From the NCBI GenBank assembly GCA_963734545.1, contig CAVTHO010000007.1:608001-672000 (forward strand): a stretch of 64,000 nt of DNA, in the 5' to 3' direction. A program made the translations under genes and the position numbers. This DNA comes from an uncultured Spirochaetota bacterium (GTDB taxonomy: Bacteria; Spirochaetota; Spirochaetia; SZUA-6; Fen-1364). The notes beneath the pieces are model-generated. The model worked only from the letters and a program-made list of their open reading frames with translations, was not told the DNA's origin and searched no databases. Position 1 is the stretch's first letter; every line of letters begins with the position of its first letter. Shown in pieces: positions 40,498-50,823 of the stretch.

Positions 40498-42525
40498 TCA
40501 GATTTCTCTCAGCCCGACGTCACCGCCCTTGCGGGGACGACCTCTTGCTGCCTTGGCCGGCCGGCCGCGGCGTCGCGGTGCCACATCGACGACTCCCTGT
40601 CCCGCCGCCTTGGACGACTTGGCGTCCGCTCCGGGAACGTTGAGCATGTCGAGGTATTCGGACTTCGTGGTCTGCGGGGCTGCGGTCTCATCCGGGGTTG
40701 CCGCGAACGACTGCGCGATGTCCGCGCGGACGGTCGAGCGGCGGCGCGAGAACGAGGCGAATGCCGCGTCCTGGAACCCTTTCGACACCCCGTAGAGGAA
40801 CTCATTGAGGACGTTCGCCATGCCGTCCAGCGTGGCTTTCTTCCTCTTGATGGAAGTGATATTCACGTCCAGCAGGAGGCCCGGCTGGATGTGGTACGGA
40901 TTGATCAGGTACTCGAAGGCGAGGAACTGCTTCTCGAGGAACGAAAGGCGCTCCTCCATGACGCGGCGCTGGATCGGGTAGCGGTAGCCGTAGAGCTTCT
41001 GCAGCTTGTCCCGCATCATGATGATCCGCCGCTTGATCTCGTCCTTCTCCGCGATATAGGTGCGGTTCATGCGCTCCACGTCCGTGTCGCCCGAGCGGAC
41101 AAACGTCACCTCGCTCCATGACTTCTCGATGTCCTCGTACAGCGGGTCCCCTGTCTTCGCCTTGATTCTCCGCTTGATCTTTCCCTTGAGTCTCTTGGCA
41201 AGGTCATTGAAATCGACCACGCCCTTCAGGAACTTCGAGTCTTCGTACACCATTTCCAGCACGTCCCAGAGGTGCTGGATCTCGATCTCGAAAGTCTTGG
41301 CCTGTACGTCGTAGGACTTGCGCTCCTCGAGGAGCTGCGCCTGATCGTAGTATTTCAGACGGATTGCATAGCGCTCGTCCGGCAGGTGGTCAAAGTCGGT
41401 GTCCTCGTACTCGCGCAGGACCAGCTCGCGGGCATTCTTGAGGTTCTCCACGTGCTGGTAGCCCATCTTGGAGGTATCCAGGATCGAGGTGATCGAGTTG
41501 ATTGCCGTGTTGAATCCGCGGTTCCTGATGTTCTCGATGTCGATGATTCTCTTCAGATTCTCGCGGATGTTCACCGGGTCGTACTCTTCAGGATCGATCT
41601 CTGCCCGGAGGCCTTCGACCTTGTCCATCAGGCTCTTTGCGAAGTAGGAATACCGCTGGGACTTCGGGTCATCCTTCTCGTCGGAAGTGAACTTCTCCAC
41701 CCTCTTCATCTTCTCGAAGAGGATTTCGCCGTCACTCAGCTCTTCCCTTCCCTCGTCGATGACCTGGTCCTTGAGCTTCTCGATCTCCTTGTCAATGAGG
41801 TCCGTGATGTTCTTGGAGATCATGTCCTTGATCAGGAACTCGACCGTAACCTGATAGTGGAAGATGGGGCTGATGAGCTCCGAGTCGAGGATATTGACGG
41901 AGAGCTTCACATCCGTGACCGTCTTGGGCTTGTTGGGGTTGTCCTTGAACGAGCACTTCACGATCGAATACGCGTTTTCTCCGCGAATGAACGCACCGAC
42001 GTCCGTCTTCTGCCGCAGCAGGGAGTTGGTGAGGTTCTCAAGGTCGTTCACGCCCCTCTGAATATGGCCCTGCAAGTGGCCGTACATGTTGACGATTGAT
42101 TTCTCGATTTCGCCCGTATTGAACTTGTCAATGCCGCCGACCTGGTCCAGAAGCGCCGCGATCTCCTTGGGAGTGTAGCGCGCGAGAGACTTCATCTCTT
42201 CCTTGTCTATGAAGTTCCTCACCTTCTTCACCATTTCGTCTTCCGACGTGACGATGAAGCGGTTCATCATGTTCTGGTAGTTCTGGTTGAAGTAGTTGTA
42301 TAGCTTCTCCTTGATGCCGCCCATGATGTCGAGTTTTTCAGCGACCTCCTTGGGCAACTTGGAGGTAATGTGATTCATCACTTTGTCTACTTCTTCGCTC
42401 ATCAGGAGGTCAACCTCGGCCTGCTGATCACGGAACTCCTGGGCTAGCGAGTTTCGCGACCCGACCGCGCTCGGCTTTTCCGGGTGGAACACATTCGGGC
42501 TTTTCGGAAGGTCAATGGCAGCCAT
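40498..42525 (-). CDS. cfpA: Cytoplasmic filament protein A
   Basis: N-terminus [30 protein letters not shown] and [17 protein letters not shown] match treponemal CfpA. 675 aa, strong AAGGAG RBS. Confidence 0.93.
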   Translation of the reverse strand: MAAIDLPKSPNVFHPEKPSAVGSRNSLAQEFRDQQAEVDLLMSEEVDKVMNHITSKLPKEVAEKLDIMGGIKEKLYNYFNQNYQNMMNRFIVTSEDEMVKKVRNFIDKEEMKSLARYTPKEIAALLDQVGGIDKFNTGEIEKSIVNMYGHLQGHIQRGVNDLENLTNSLLRQKTDVGAFIRGENAYSIVKCSFKDNPNKPKTVTDVKLSVNILDSELISPIFHYQVTVEFLIKDMISKNITDLIDKEIEKLKDQVIDEGREELSDGEILFEKMKRVEKFTSDEKDDPKSQRYSYFAKSLMDKVEGLRAEIDPEEYDPVNIRENLKRIIDIENIRNRGFNTAINSITSILDTSKMGYQHVENLKNARELVLREYEDTDFDHLPDERYAIRLKYYDQAQLLEERKSYDVQAKTFEIEIQHLWDVLEMVYEDSKFLKGVVDFNDLAKRLKGKIKRRIKAKTGDPLYEDIEKSWSEVTFVRSGDTDVERMNRTYIAEKDEIKRRIIMMRDKLQKLYGYRYPIQRRVMEERLSFLEKQFLAFEYLINPYHIQPGLLLDVNITSIKRKKATLDGMANVLNEFLYGVSKGFQDAAFASFSRRRSTVRADIAQSFAATPDETAAPQTTKSEYLDMLNVPGADAKSSKAAGQGVVDVAPRRRGRPAKAARGRPRKGGDVGLREI

Positions 42526-42557
42526 AGAAGTCTCCTTTTCTCAGTTTGTTCAAACCT

Positions 42558-42586
42558 AGTAAACCATAAAAGACTATCTCTGTAAA
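42558..42586 (-). promoter_or_regulatory. Candidate sigma70 promoter of cfpA
   Basis: Minus strand TTTACA-17bp-TTTACT in an AT-rich divergent intergenic region. Confidence 0.35.
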
Positions 42587-42663
42587 GCACATTTTTTTTC
42601 TCTCTTCCATTTTACCCACATTTGGTGCATCCTACAAGTACTTTATTCCAAAAGGGGGGCCTT

Positions 42664-44061
42664 ATGGGAGCCTGGAAACGCTTTCTAGCCGCTCTTGCGC
42701 TGTGTGCCGTCCTGGCGTCGCCCGTTGTCGCGGACGTCAGGAAGGACAACATCGACGTGATCATCGCCCTGGACAAGTCCCTCTCCATGGAGAACAAGAT
42801 AGGCGGTGTCAGGGAGTGGGTCAACTCCTCGATAATCGATCAACTCCTGATCCCGGGGGATACTCTCGTCGTCGTGGCGTTCTACGGGAAAGCAGACGTC
42901 ATCATTTCCCATACAGTCAAGGATAATGCCGATAAGAAGGCCCTTCAAGCCATCATCTCGAAGATTAGAGGGAATGGACGTTTTACCGATATTGGCAATG
43001 CGCTCGATGTCGTGCGGGCACAAGTGACTGACCGACAGAGCGATGGGCGGGAGAAGTACATTCTTCTCCTCACGGATGGGATACAGGAAGCGCCTCCATC
43101 GAGCAAGTACTACACCAAGGACGGCAAGTTCAACCACGAGTTCCTCGCCAATACAAAGACGATCCAGGAGAAGGGCTGGAAGATCATGATCCTGGGAATC
43201 GGCACTGACACTGCGGCAAAGGACCTCGCCCACGAGTTGAAGGGCACGTACAACGAAGTCACCGAGAGCGCGACAGCAGGCTCACTGGCGGAGACAACCG
43301 GAGCCTTCTTCGGCACCATCACCGCGGAAGGCGGTGTGCGTGTCGGCGGCGTATCCGCCGACGGCTCGAGCAAGCTCGCCCTCACGCTCAAGGCGTCCGG
43401 GCTGACGAATGACGCGAGCATTACGCTGGACTCCGTCACGGCCCGGATCGGAAACCGCGAGATCCCCAATGTCCTTCCCGCCCCTTTCAAATTCGGCGTC
43501 AAAAAGGAGGGGCCCACGCATGTCAGCGTGCCATTGCGATTCCCCACGGATCTGCCGCAGGGCCCTGCCACCGGTGCGCTTACCTTCTCCTTCGGCTCGG
43601 GAGCCGCCTTCTCCCCTGCAGAGGCAAATGTCTCGTTCGTCGTGAACAACTGGCTGCAGAACAATCTCATTCTCCTCATCTGCGCGGCGGTCATCGTTCT
43701 TCTTCTCGTGGCGTTCCTGGTCATGGTGGTCTGGCGCCTGACGCGGGGAAAGCCTCTTCAGTTCGCTTTGACAATCGACGGGGAGACCGTGGGCGAAGAT
43801 CCCGTTTCCCTGTCTGCAGGCCATGAGATGTATCTCAACGAAAACGCCGGCGTGTTCTCCCTCGTCGCCCACAGAAACGCCAAGTCTCTGGCCCGGTTCA
43901 CCGTCAAGGACGCCAAGCTTCTTCTCGGTGTGCTCAAAGAGGATCGATTCCCCAAGCTGAAGGAGGTGCCGCCCGACGCGCGAGGACATACATTCGTCGT
44001 CCGCTCGGAGAAAGGCGGAAACCTGTCGTTGAAGGTCCAGTCGAAGGAAAGGACGAAGTAG
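42664..44061 (+). CDS. Membrane-anchored VWA-domain protein (Tp0750-like)
   Basis: Signal peptide, IDVIIALDKSLSM, RFTDIG.AL, LLLTDG.QEAPP, TM near aa 350. Confidence 0.8.
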   Translation: MGAWKRFLAALALCAVLASPVVADVRKDNIDVIIALDKSLSMENKIGGVREWVNSSIIDQLLIPGDTLVVVAFYGKADVIISHTVKDNADKKALQAIISKIRGNGRFTDIGNALDVVRAQVTDRQSDGREKYILLLTDGIQEAPPSSKYYTKDGKFNHEFLANTKTIQEKGWKIMILGIGTDTAAKDLAHELKGTYNEVTESATAGSLAETTGAFFGTITAEGGVRVGGVSADGSSKLALTLKASGLTNDASITLDSVTARIGNREIPNVLPAPFKFGVKKEGPTHVSVPLRFPTDLPQGPATGALTFSFGSGAAFSPAEANVSFVVNNWLQNNLILLICAAVIVLLLVAFLVMVVWRLTRGKPLQFALTIDGETVGEDPVSLSAGHEMYLNENAGVFSLVAHRNAKSLARFTVKDAKLLLGVLKEDRFPKLKEVPPDARGHTFVVRSEKGGNLSLKVQSKERTK

Positions 44062-44182
44062 ACTGAGCGCGATCGCGGCCTTCCTCTTCGATATCGGGCC
44101 CGTCCAGAAGCTCCCGGGCTTTGGAGACGATTATCATTTCTCCCTCCTGCCCTTCTGGGGAAATCATTGCCTCGTTGATTTC

Positions 44183-45244
44183 ATGCTCGCCAACTTCGGG
44201 CTTTCCCGGGATGTCGATGTGACGATCGTGCTGGACGAGTCAGCCCGCGCCACCTCTCTCGCACTCTCGACACGATGGAAGAAGCAGATGGCGAGGGTAC
44301 ACCTGCTCGAGGGCGGTCTCGAGGAGCTGGTCCGGCTCATGGATGCCAGCGGCGCGGAGCAGATCGTGCTTGCCTCTCTCTCTTCCGTGTGCATCCTCGA
44401 GCCGGCTGCGCTTCTCGCCACTGCTGCGGACGCCTCTGCACAACTGGTCAAGATCTCCATCAGGCGCACGCCGATCGAGATGTACTGCGGGGGACGCGCC
44501 CACCTTCGCAGGATTCTCCTCGAGGCCGCTGCGCGCGCGCCCGGAAAGAGAAAACTGCGGGAATGCCTTTTCGAACAGGCGCTGCACTCCCGCATCGACC
44601 TCATCGAGGATCTGCCGGGGGAGCTGCTTTTCCAGAACGACCTGATGGACTATTACACCAACAATCTCTGGGTCATCTCCCATTGCGGAGACGAGCGTTT
44701 CCAGGGCGTGCTCGCCCGGCTGCCCGCTCTCGCCGACAAGGGCGCCGAGTCCCATGTCACGGAGAAGGGCTCGATAAGAAACTCCTGGCTCGCTTCCGGT
44801 GTCGAGGTCGAAGGCTCCGTCGAAGATTCCTTCATCTTCCCCAATGTCGTGATCAAGAGGAACGCGCTCATCTCCCGTTCCGTCGTGCTGAACGGCAATA
44901 GAATCGGCGCCGGCGCGGAAATTCGCAACGCCTTGATTCTCCCCTTTACCGCCGATGTTCCGCGCTCCGCTTCCAACATCGGAGACAATTGTGCGATAGG
45001 CGCCAAGACCTCCACCATGAAGAACGGCGATTTCCCCGGGCAAATCAGGGACGGGATCAGCGTCATCGGCACGAATGTGGACCTTCCCAATGGCTTCCGG
45101 GCCGAAGCCGCGACCTATGTGGCCCCCGGCGTGCCCTCATCGGTCCTGCGCAGGGCGAAGATCCTTCGCAGGGGCAGCAGCGCTTTTGTTGACGACGCGG
45201 TCCCTGGTCCGCGACGCGTGGTGGAGGCAGGGAACGCGCGGTGA
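44183..45244 (+). CDS. GlgC/GlgD-like nucleotidyltransferase-fold protein with left-handed beta-helix (5' end uncertain)
   Basis: DYY..NL and GSIRNSWLASGVEVEGSVEDSFIFPNVVI..NALISRSVVL hexapeptide repeats. Confidence 0.6.
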   Translation: MLANFGLSRDVDVTIVLDESARATSLALSTRWKKQMARVHLLEGGLEELVRLMDASGAEQIVLASLSSVCILEPAALLATAADASAQLVKISIRRTPIEMYCGGRAHLRRILLEAAARAPGKRKLRECLFEQALHSRIDLIEDLPGELLFQNDLMDYYTNNLWVISHCGDERFQGVLARLPALADKGAESHVTEKGSIRNSWLASGVEVEGSVEDSFIFPNVVIKRNALISRSVVLNGNRIGAGAEIRNALILPFTADVPRSASNIGDNCAIGAKTSTMKNGDFPGQIRDGISVIGTNVDLPNGFRAEAATYVAPGVPSSVLRRAKILRRGSSAFVDDAVPGPRRVVEAGNAR

Positions 45245-46221
45245 ACGCCTTTCAGGGTGCCATCGATTTTCTCACCCGCACACAGCGCTTCATCATCACC
45301 TCCCATGAGACGCCGGATGCGGATGCCATCGGCAGCGAGTGCGCCATAGTGAGGGCCCTGCGGGGCCTGGGCAAGAAGGCGATCATCCTGAACGCGGATC
45401 CGATTCCTCGCAAGCTCACCTTTCTTGATCCCGACAAGCTCATCCAGGTTCTCGAGCGTGAGGATCAGCTCCCGGCGGACCTGGGGGAGTTCTCTTTGCT
45501 TATGCTGGACACAAACGACGCGCAGAATATCGGGCAGATCGCCTCCCTGGTGCTTCCCCGGGTGCGGGAGCATTTCATCATCGACCACCACGAGCAGGAA
45601 GAGGATCTGCTGGCGGGCAACTTCATCCAGAAAAGCGCTTCTTCCACCGCTGAGATAATCTACCAGCTCCTGCGCGAGATGAACGTCACCATCGACCTGG
45701 CAATGGCGCAGGCCCTGTTCACGGGCATCGTCTATGATACCGGCTCGTTCATCTATCCCAAGACCACGGCGCTCACGTTTGAGATTGCGCGGGACCTTGT
45801 GGCCAAAGGGGTCCGTCCGAATGTCGTGTACTCGAAGCTCTACGAGAGCAACTCCATCTCGGCTCTCATTCTGCAGACGCGCGTGCTCGCCACGCTGGAG
45901 CTGTTTTTCTCCAATCACGTTTCCCTCTTGACAATGACGCGCGAGATGGTCGTAGATTCAGGAGCCAACTACGAAGAGGCCGACCAGCTCATCAACATTC
46001 CGCTGAGGAGTGAGGATATTCGGGTTTCGGTATTCTTCAAGCAGAACCCCGCGGGATTGCTTCGCTGCTCGCTCCGCTCCAAGGCGAACATCAACGTCGC
46101 GGAAATAGCCCAATCCTTCGGGGGAGGCGGCCATCGAACAGCAGCAGGATTCAAGTGCCATGAGAGCATGGAGAAGACGAGGCAGATCGTGCTCGAAAAA
46201 CTGAGTAAGCTTTTCCCATGA
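45241..46221 (+). CDS. nrnA: DHH/DHHA1 bifunctional oligoribonuclease/PAP phosphatase
   Basis: SHETPDADAIGS, IDHH, GI..DTGSF, SLRS, FGGGGH..AAG. Confidence 0.9.
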   Translation: MNAFQGAIDFLTRTQRFIITSHETPDADAIGSECAIVRALRGLGKKAIILNADPIPRKLTFLDPDKLIQVLEREDQLPADLGEFSLLMLDTNDAQNIGQIASLVLPRVREHFIIDHHEQEEDLLAGNFIQKSASSTAEIIYQLLREMNVTIDLAMAQALFTGIVYDTGSFIYPKTTALTFEIARDLVAKGVRPNVVYSKLYESNSISALILQTRVLATLELFFSNHVSLLTMTREMVVDSGANYEEADQLINIPLRSEDIRVSVFFKQNPAGLLRCSLRSKANINVAEIAQSFGGGGHRTAAGFKCHESMEKTRQIVLEKLSKLFP

Positions 46222-47757
46222 CCGATTTCCCCCTGCCGTTCCGCGTCGCCGCGCTTGCGGCCGCGGCCCTTTTCATCCTCGGCTCCTGCCAGCGCGCCCC
46301 CGTCCCTCCCGGAGGGGTGCGCATCGTCCCCCAGCCGCCCGGCGCGTCCGCCGCCGCGGCCCCGGCTCCGGCCGCGGCGGACGCGCGATTTGACCCGAAT
46401 GCGCTGCGTCCCCGCATTGTCGTCGATCCAGGTGACTCGGTGCTGCAGGTCGTGAATGCGAATCTCGATCAGACTCCCTACGGAAAGCAGGTCATCGCGG
46501 TCAAGCGCACCGGCGAGGTGGACTCCCCGATCAGGATCATCGTGGCCGATGCCGATCCCGCGCGGGGTACCTACTATTACCAGAGCTGGGAGTCGCCGAC
46601 AAACGCCACCGACACCCGCTTCTTTTCCCTCTCCGTGAAGGACCTTATCGGGGACCACGTCATGGAGATCGTGGCCAGCGGCATGAACAGCGTGGGCAAG
46701 CTCACGATCGACGTTTTCCGGCCCGTCACCTCGGCGCCGGGCAAGGAGCTCACGTACAAGGCCATCTGCCAGCTCGTTGCGGATGAGATTTCCATCGAAG
46801 AGGCCGATCGGGCGGAGAGCTACTCGACCGACCCGAAGCCCGGGCCGAGCTTCCCGGTTGTGGCGTACCTGCGGGATCCGGACTCCCAGAACGCAAGGGA
46901 CCTCGTAAGGATCCGCTACACGTGGAACCCAGCCGAAGGACGCTACGTGCCCGGCTCTCCCGAGAAGATCCCCGGTGAGAAGGTCCAGCAGGCGCAGGTG
47001 GAGACTCTCTATAACAGCAGCGGTGAGGATGTCTTCGAGCAATTCATTGCCCGGGTCCTGGGTCCAGCTCCAGCCCGCAAAAAACGGGAAGGGTCCCGAT
47101 GCAATAGCTTCCATCATCAACTTCGATCCTCGCGGAAGAAAGATCGCCCTCTCGTCGGGAAACACGCAGGAGGTCTACCTGTGGCGGCAGTCCGTCCGCA
47201 CGATCTACAATTCTCTTCGCGCAATAGGCGAAAACGAGACAGTTCTCGATATCCATCTCGAGAGCCGATTCAATATCACCGTCGACTCGGTGAACAGCCT
47301 CATGGTCAGCATCAGCGGCAGAGATTCGGAAGAATCGCGGCCGGTGCGATACACCAAGGTGACCGAAGATATCCAGGCGAATCTGATCGGGCGCCCGGAT
47401 ACGCAGGTCGTGATTGCGCCGCTGACCCTGAGCGGATACTACGCGGGGGACGACGGTCTCGCCATGGATTTCGCCGGATCCGGGCTGACCTGGACCTCAA
47501 AGGGCCAGCGTCGGGCGGGAAGCTTCGTCCTCTTTTCTCTCGGACCGCGGACTATTCTCAGCACGAGAGTGATCGGTCCACGAGGCACCCCCGACCAGAT
47601 CTCATCATGGCTCGTGGATTTTCACGAGAGGAAAGACTCCCTGCACGTCGTGCGGACACTGGGCCTTTCTCCCGTGCTGCTGACGGTAAAAGGGTATGAA
47701 GAGGCAAAAGGGGATGCGCTCGTTCTCGAACAGATCCAGGAATTGAAGAAGAAATAG
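46218..47757 (+). CDS. Pallilysin (Tp0751)-related lipoprotein/adhesin (frameshift near 47050)
   Basis: Lipobox LGSC. WE..T.AT...FSLSVKDLIGDH..EIVASGMN resembles my recollection of Tp0751. Continues in ORF 46975..47757. Confidence 0.65.
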
Positions 47758-47762
47758 CGGCG

Positions 47763-48818
47763 CTATTTTTCCGTCACCAGGATTCCGCTGAACCCCTCCT
47801 GGAGCAGCTTTGAAAGAAGCGCGCGGGCCTGAGCCGCGTCCAGCCCGACACCGACGAAGACCCGGTAGTGTTCCTTGCCCTGCAGCGTTTCCGTCCTCTG
47901 GATCGGGGAAAAACCACGCTTCGACAGCTCCGTGAACAGGTCGTCAGCGTTTTCCTTCACTTGAAACGAACCGGCCTGCACCGCTGCTTTGCCGGGCTCC
48001 GCCGTCTGGGGCACGGGTGAAGACCGGCCGGGCGCTTCCCCTGCCACAAAATCATCAGGGCTCGGCATGAGAACCACCGGCGCTCCCCCGGGGCGTGCGA
48101 CAAGAGCCGTCTCAGGGGCGCCGGGAAAGGCCGCCGAGAGACGGGCCCGCACGTCTGCCAGTCCCTTCTGATCCTCGGCGGCCCTCGCCCGCACGTACAT
48201 GACCCAGAGCGCCTTGAGTGCGATGTCGGGGTCCCCGGACGACCCGGCAAGATTCACGAGGGCGGATTCAGCGGAATCCGTGTTCCCTGCTTCGATCTCG
48301 GCGAGAACCTGCAGCAGGGTCTCTGCGGCCCCGGCCCGGCCCTTGAGCCCGGCGAGACACTTCGCCATGGCATCGGTTTCATGCATTTGAAGAGAAAGAA
48401 GAAACGCGGAAACCAGGGTCGTGTCGGCCGCTCCTTCGGCGTAGGCGCTGAGATAGGCGTCGCGCGCTTCCCCGGTCATTCCCCCGATTTCGAAAAGCCG
48501 GGCTATTGCGGTGAACTGGTCCGCTGCACCGGGCAGGCCGCGTCCGGTCTTGAGAAATCCGAGTGACGCGTCGCGCAATGCGACGTAGTCATTCTCGAGC
48601 CTGAAGTAGGAAGAAAAAACGCGCGCGGAACCAGGAGCCCCGGCGTTGGTCTGGAGCCAGGCCGCGTACAGCCGCGCGGCCCCCTCTGCGTCACCCGCCT
48701 TTTCGCGTTGCTGCGCGCGGGGAATCAGCGGGTCTGCTTCGAGCGCCGCCGAGACAAGAAGCAGAAATACAATGAGAAACGGCAACCCGCCAGGGCTTTT
48801 CATATGTCGCGGGATCAT
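47763..48818 (-). CDS. SPOR-domain protein
   Basis: C-terminal VQAGSF..KENA..L...L.K.GF, YRV.VG. Signal peptide. Confidence 0.8.
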   Translation of the reverse strand: MIPRHMKSPGGLPFLIVFLLLVSAALEADPLIPRAQQREKAGDAEGAARLYAAWLQTNAGAPGSARVFSSYFRLENDYVALRDASLGFLKTGRGLPGAADQFTAIARLFEIGGMTGEARDAYLSAYAEGAADTTLVSAFLLSLQMHETDAMAKCLAGLKGRAGAAETLLQVLAEIEAGNTDSAESALVNLAGSSGDPDIALKALWVMYVRARAAEDQKGLADVRARLSAAFPGAPETALVARPGGAPVVLMPSPDDFVAGEAPGRSSPVPQTAEPGKAAVQAGSFQVKENADDLFTELSKRGFSPIQRTETLQGKEHYRVFVGVGLDAAQARALLSKLLQEGFSGILVTEK

Positions 48819-48828
48819 GCGCGCTTCC

Positions 48829-49177
48829 TCAGGACCTTGATCGCAGCCCTCGAAAGAATTTGACAAGCGAGTATATTCCGCCACCAAGAAAGACAAGACC
48901 GGCTGCCCCAATTAGCCATGGAAGTGGGCCGCCAAAAATGCCAGTAAGCAGTATTGCGCCGCCTGACAACAGCAGTGACGATTCCCGCCGTCCTGTCAGA
49001 CCGGGATCGGCTGAGGGCAAGGCCGCCGATCGCAAGAACCGCGCCGACTGCTATGCCGAACCAGCCCCAATGGGCAAGGAGGCTCGCAAGCACGAGAAGC
49101 GTTCCCCCTCCGGCGACAGCTCCGACACCTTTCACGCCCTGCTTCGTGAGTTCGCTCCTGGGCACTATGTCACTCAT
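48829..49177 (-). CDS. Small Gly-rich membrane protein (frameshift near 48960)
   Basis: MSDIVPRSELTKQGVKGVGAVAGG, GGAGG RBS, four hydrophobic segments across two frames. Confidence 0.6.
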
Positions 49178-49250
49178 ATACATCCTCCATCTGGTACACA
49201 ATGTACTGGGCGGCGCGTAAAAGTGTCCAGAGATCCAGTTCCGCCTCGAG

Positions 49251-49280
49251 TTGACATTGGCAGCATAAACCCTCTAGAGT
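49251..49280 (+). promoter_or_regulatory. sigma70-like promoter, probably leaderless
   Basis: TTGACA-18bp-TAGAGT, 6 nt before ATG 49287. Confidence 0.5.
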
Positions 49281-49286
49281 ATCGGC

Positions 49287-50162
49287 ATGCGTCCCCTGAC
49301 GAAGCGGATCGCGCTCCTCGTCTCGTTGTTCTCGCTCGTCATTGGTTTGTTTCTGCTGGGGTATAATCTCCATTTCATCTCCGAGGAAGCGCGCTCCACT
49401 GCGCTCAATCTCTGGCCCATCCTCCTGGTGATTGCCGGCATCATGCTCGTGTTCGACTCGACCAAGAAACGCGTTTCCGCTCACGCTTCGGACGTGAGGA
49501 TCATGCAGTTTCCGATCCCGATGCCCCCCGGAGCCACGGAGCTTGCCTTCCGCGTGCATTTCTCCTATGGCAGACTCGTCGTCGGGCGCTCGTCCGGAGC
49601 CCCCTGCCTGGTCACGGAGCAGGTGGGATCGGGCGCTTCACCTGCAATCACCCAGGCGATGATGGGTGACAGACCTGAAATCTCGATCGCGATCAGCCAG
49701 CCCATCTTCCCCTCGCATTTTCAGCTCAGGAACACATGGCGCCTGAACCTGCCGCACGGAATGACTCTGCGGCTGGCGCTGCAGCTGCATGAGGCTGATC
49801 TCCGCATGGACCTGCGCGGGCTGGAGGTGGAGTCTCTGGATCTGCGCACGGACTCCGGCGCACAGGAAGTCCTTCTGGGCCGGCCGCGGAAAAAGCTCTC
49901 GGGACAGATCTATTCATCGGGAAGCGATCTCTCTCTCGTGCTCCCCTCTCACGTGTTCGCATGGGTGCGTCTCCTGAACCCTTTCTGCAGGGTCGACTAC
50001 CCCCAGGGGGACCTGGAAAAGAGGGAGGATGGCTCGCTCGTCACTCCCACTGCCGGTGATGCCCAGGGAACCGTGGAAATTGCGGTGGACGGTCCCATCC
50101 ATAATCTCGTGCTCGACGTCGAAGACGCCGTCATCGACGGCGGAGCCGGCGCGGCAACTTGA
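49287..50162 (+). CDS. Membrane protein with LiaF-like TM region and beta-solenoid adhesin-like domain
   Basis: LWPILLVIAGIML TM motif, DLRMDLRGLEVESLDL repeats. Confidence 0.55.
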   Translation: MRPLTKRIALLVSLFSLVIGLFLLGYNLHFISEEARSTALNLWPILLVIAGIMLVFDSTKKRVSAHASDVRIMQFPIPMPPGATELAFRVHFSYGRLVVGRSSGAPCLVTEQVGSGASPAITQAMMGDRPEISIAISQPIFPSHFQLRNTWRLNLPHGMTLRLALQLHEADLRMDLRGLEVESLDLRTDSGAQEVLLGRPRKKLSGQIYSSGSDLSLVLPSHVFAWVRLLNPFCRVDYPQGDLEKREDGSLVTPTAGDAQGTVEIAVDGPIHNLVLDVEDAVIDGGAGAAT

Positions 50163-50210
50163 TGAAGTGATCACGGCGTGCTACGATTCCCATACACCGG
50201 GAGAAGAATA

Positions 50211-50813
50211 GTGAAACGACCCTGCAGTCTCGTGTGCGCGATCGTGGTTCTTTTTGCATGCGCCGCCGCGCCCCTCTTCGCCGCCGGGGATTCCGGTAAC
50301 ACGCCGTCCCAGTATACGCTCGGCGATCAGACGATGTCGATCAATGCGGGATTGTTCATCCCCCTTTTCCTGCTGCCCACCGGTACAGTGCTGCTCGCGG
50401 GAAGTCCCCCGCAGCTCTCGCTCGGTGGAGTCGGATCGCTGTCCTGGGCCGCGTACGTGGCCCCCCAGATACGAATCGGCGCTGAAATCGGAGGGTCATT
50501 CTGCTTCTCCCCCAACATGAACGCCCTTCTCATGCTGCCTGTCATTGCCAAGGCCTCGTACGTGTTCACCGTCTACCCGTTCGAGATTCCCGTTACTCTC
50601 GGCGTGGGCATGAATATCATTTCGTACGTCGATCAGCATTACTTCGATCTTCTGATCAAGCCGGGGGCCGCCCTGTACTATATATTTAATTCATCATGGT
50701 CATTCGGGCTGAATGTCAATTACTGGATCGACATGCAGTTCTCTTCCGCGCCGGGCATGTCGCGCACGGGGAACTTCCTGGAGACATCGCTCTCGGCGCT
50801 CTACCATTACTAG
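50211..50813 (+). CDS. TP0733-family (OmpW/OprG-like) outer-membrane beta-barrel
   Basis: Signal peptide, GDQ..SI..GLFIPLF, FEIP..LGVG, SWSFG, GNFL, aromatic C-terminus YHY. Confidence 0.75.
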   Translation: MKRPCSLVCAIVVLFACAAAPLFAAGDSGNTPSQYTLGDQTMSINAGLFIPLFLLPTGTVLLAGSPPQLSLGGVGSLSWAAYVAPQIRIGAEIGGSFCFSPNMNALLMLPVIAKASYVFTVYPFEIPVTLGVGMNIISYVDQHYFDLLIKPGAALYYIFNSSWSFGLNVNYWIDMQFSSAPGMSRTGNFLETSLSALYHY

Positions 50814-50823
50814 GGGACACGAA

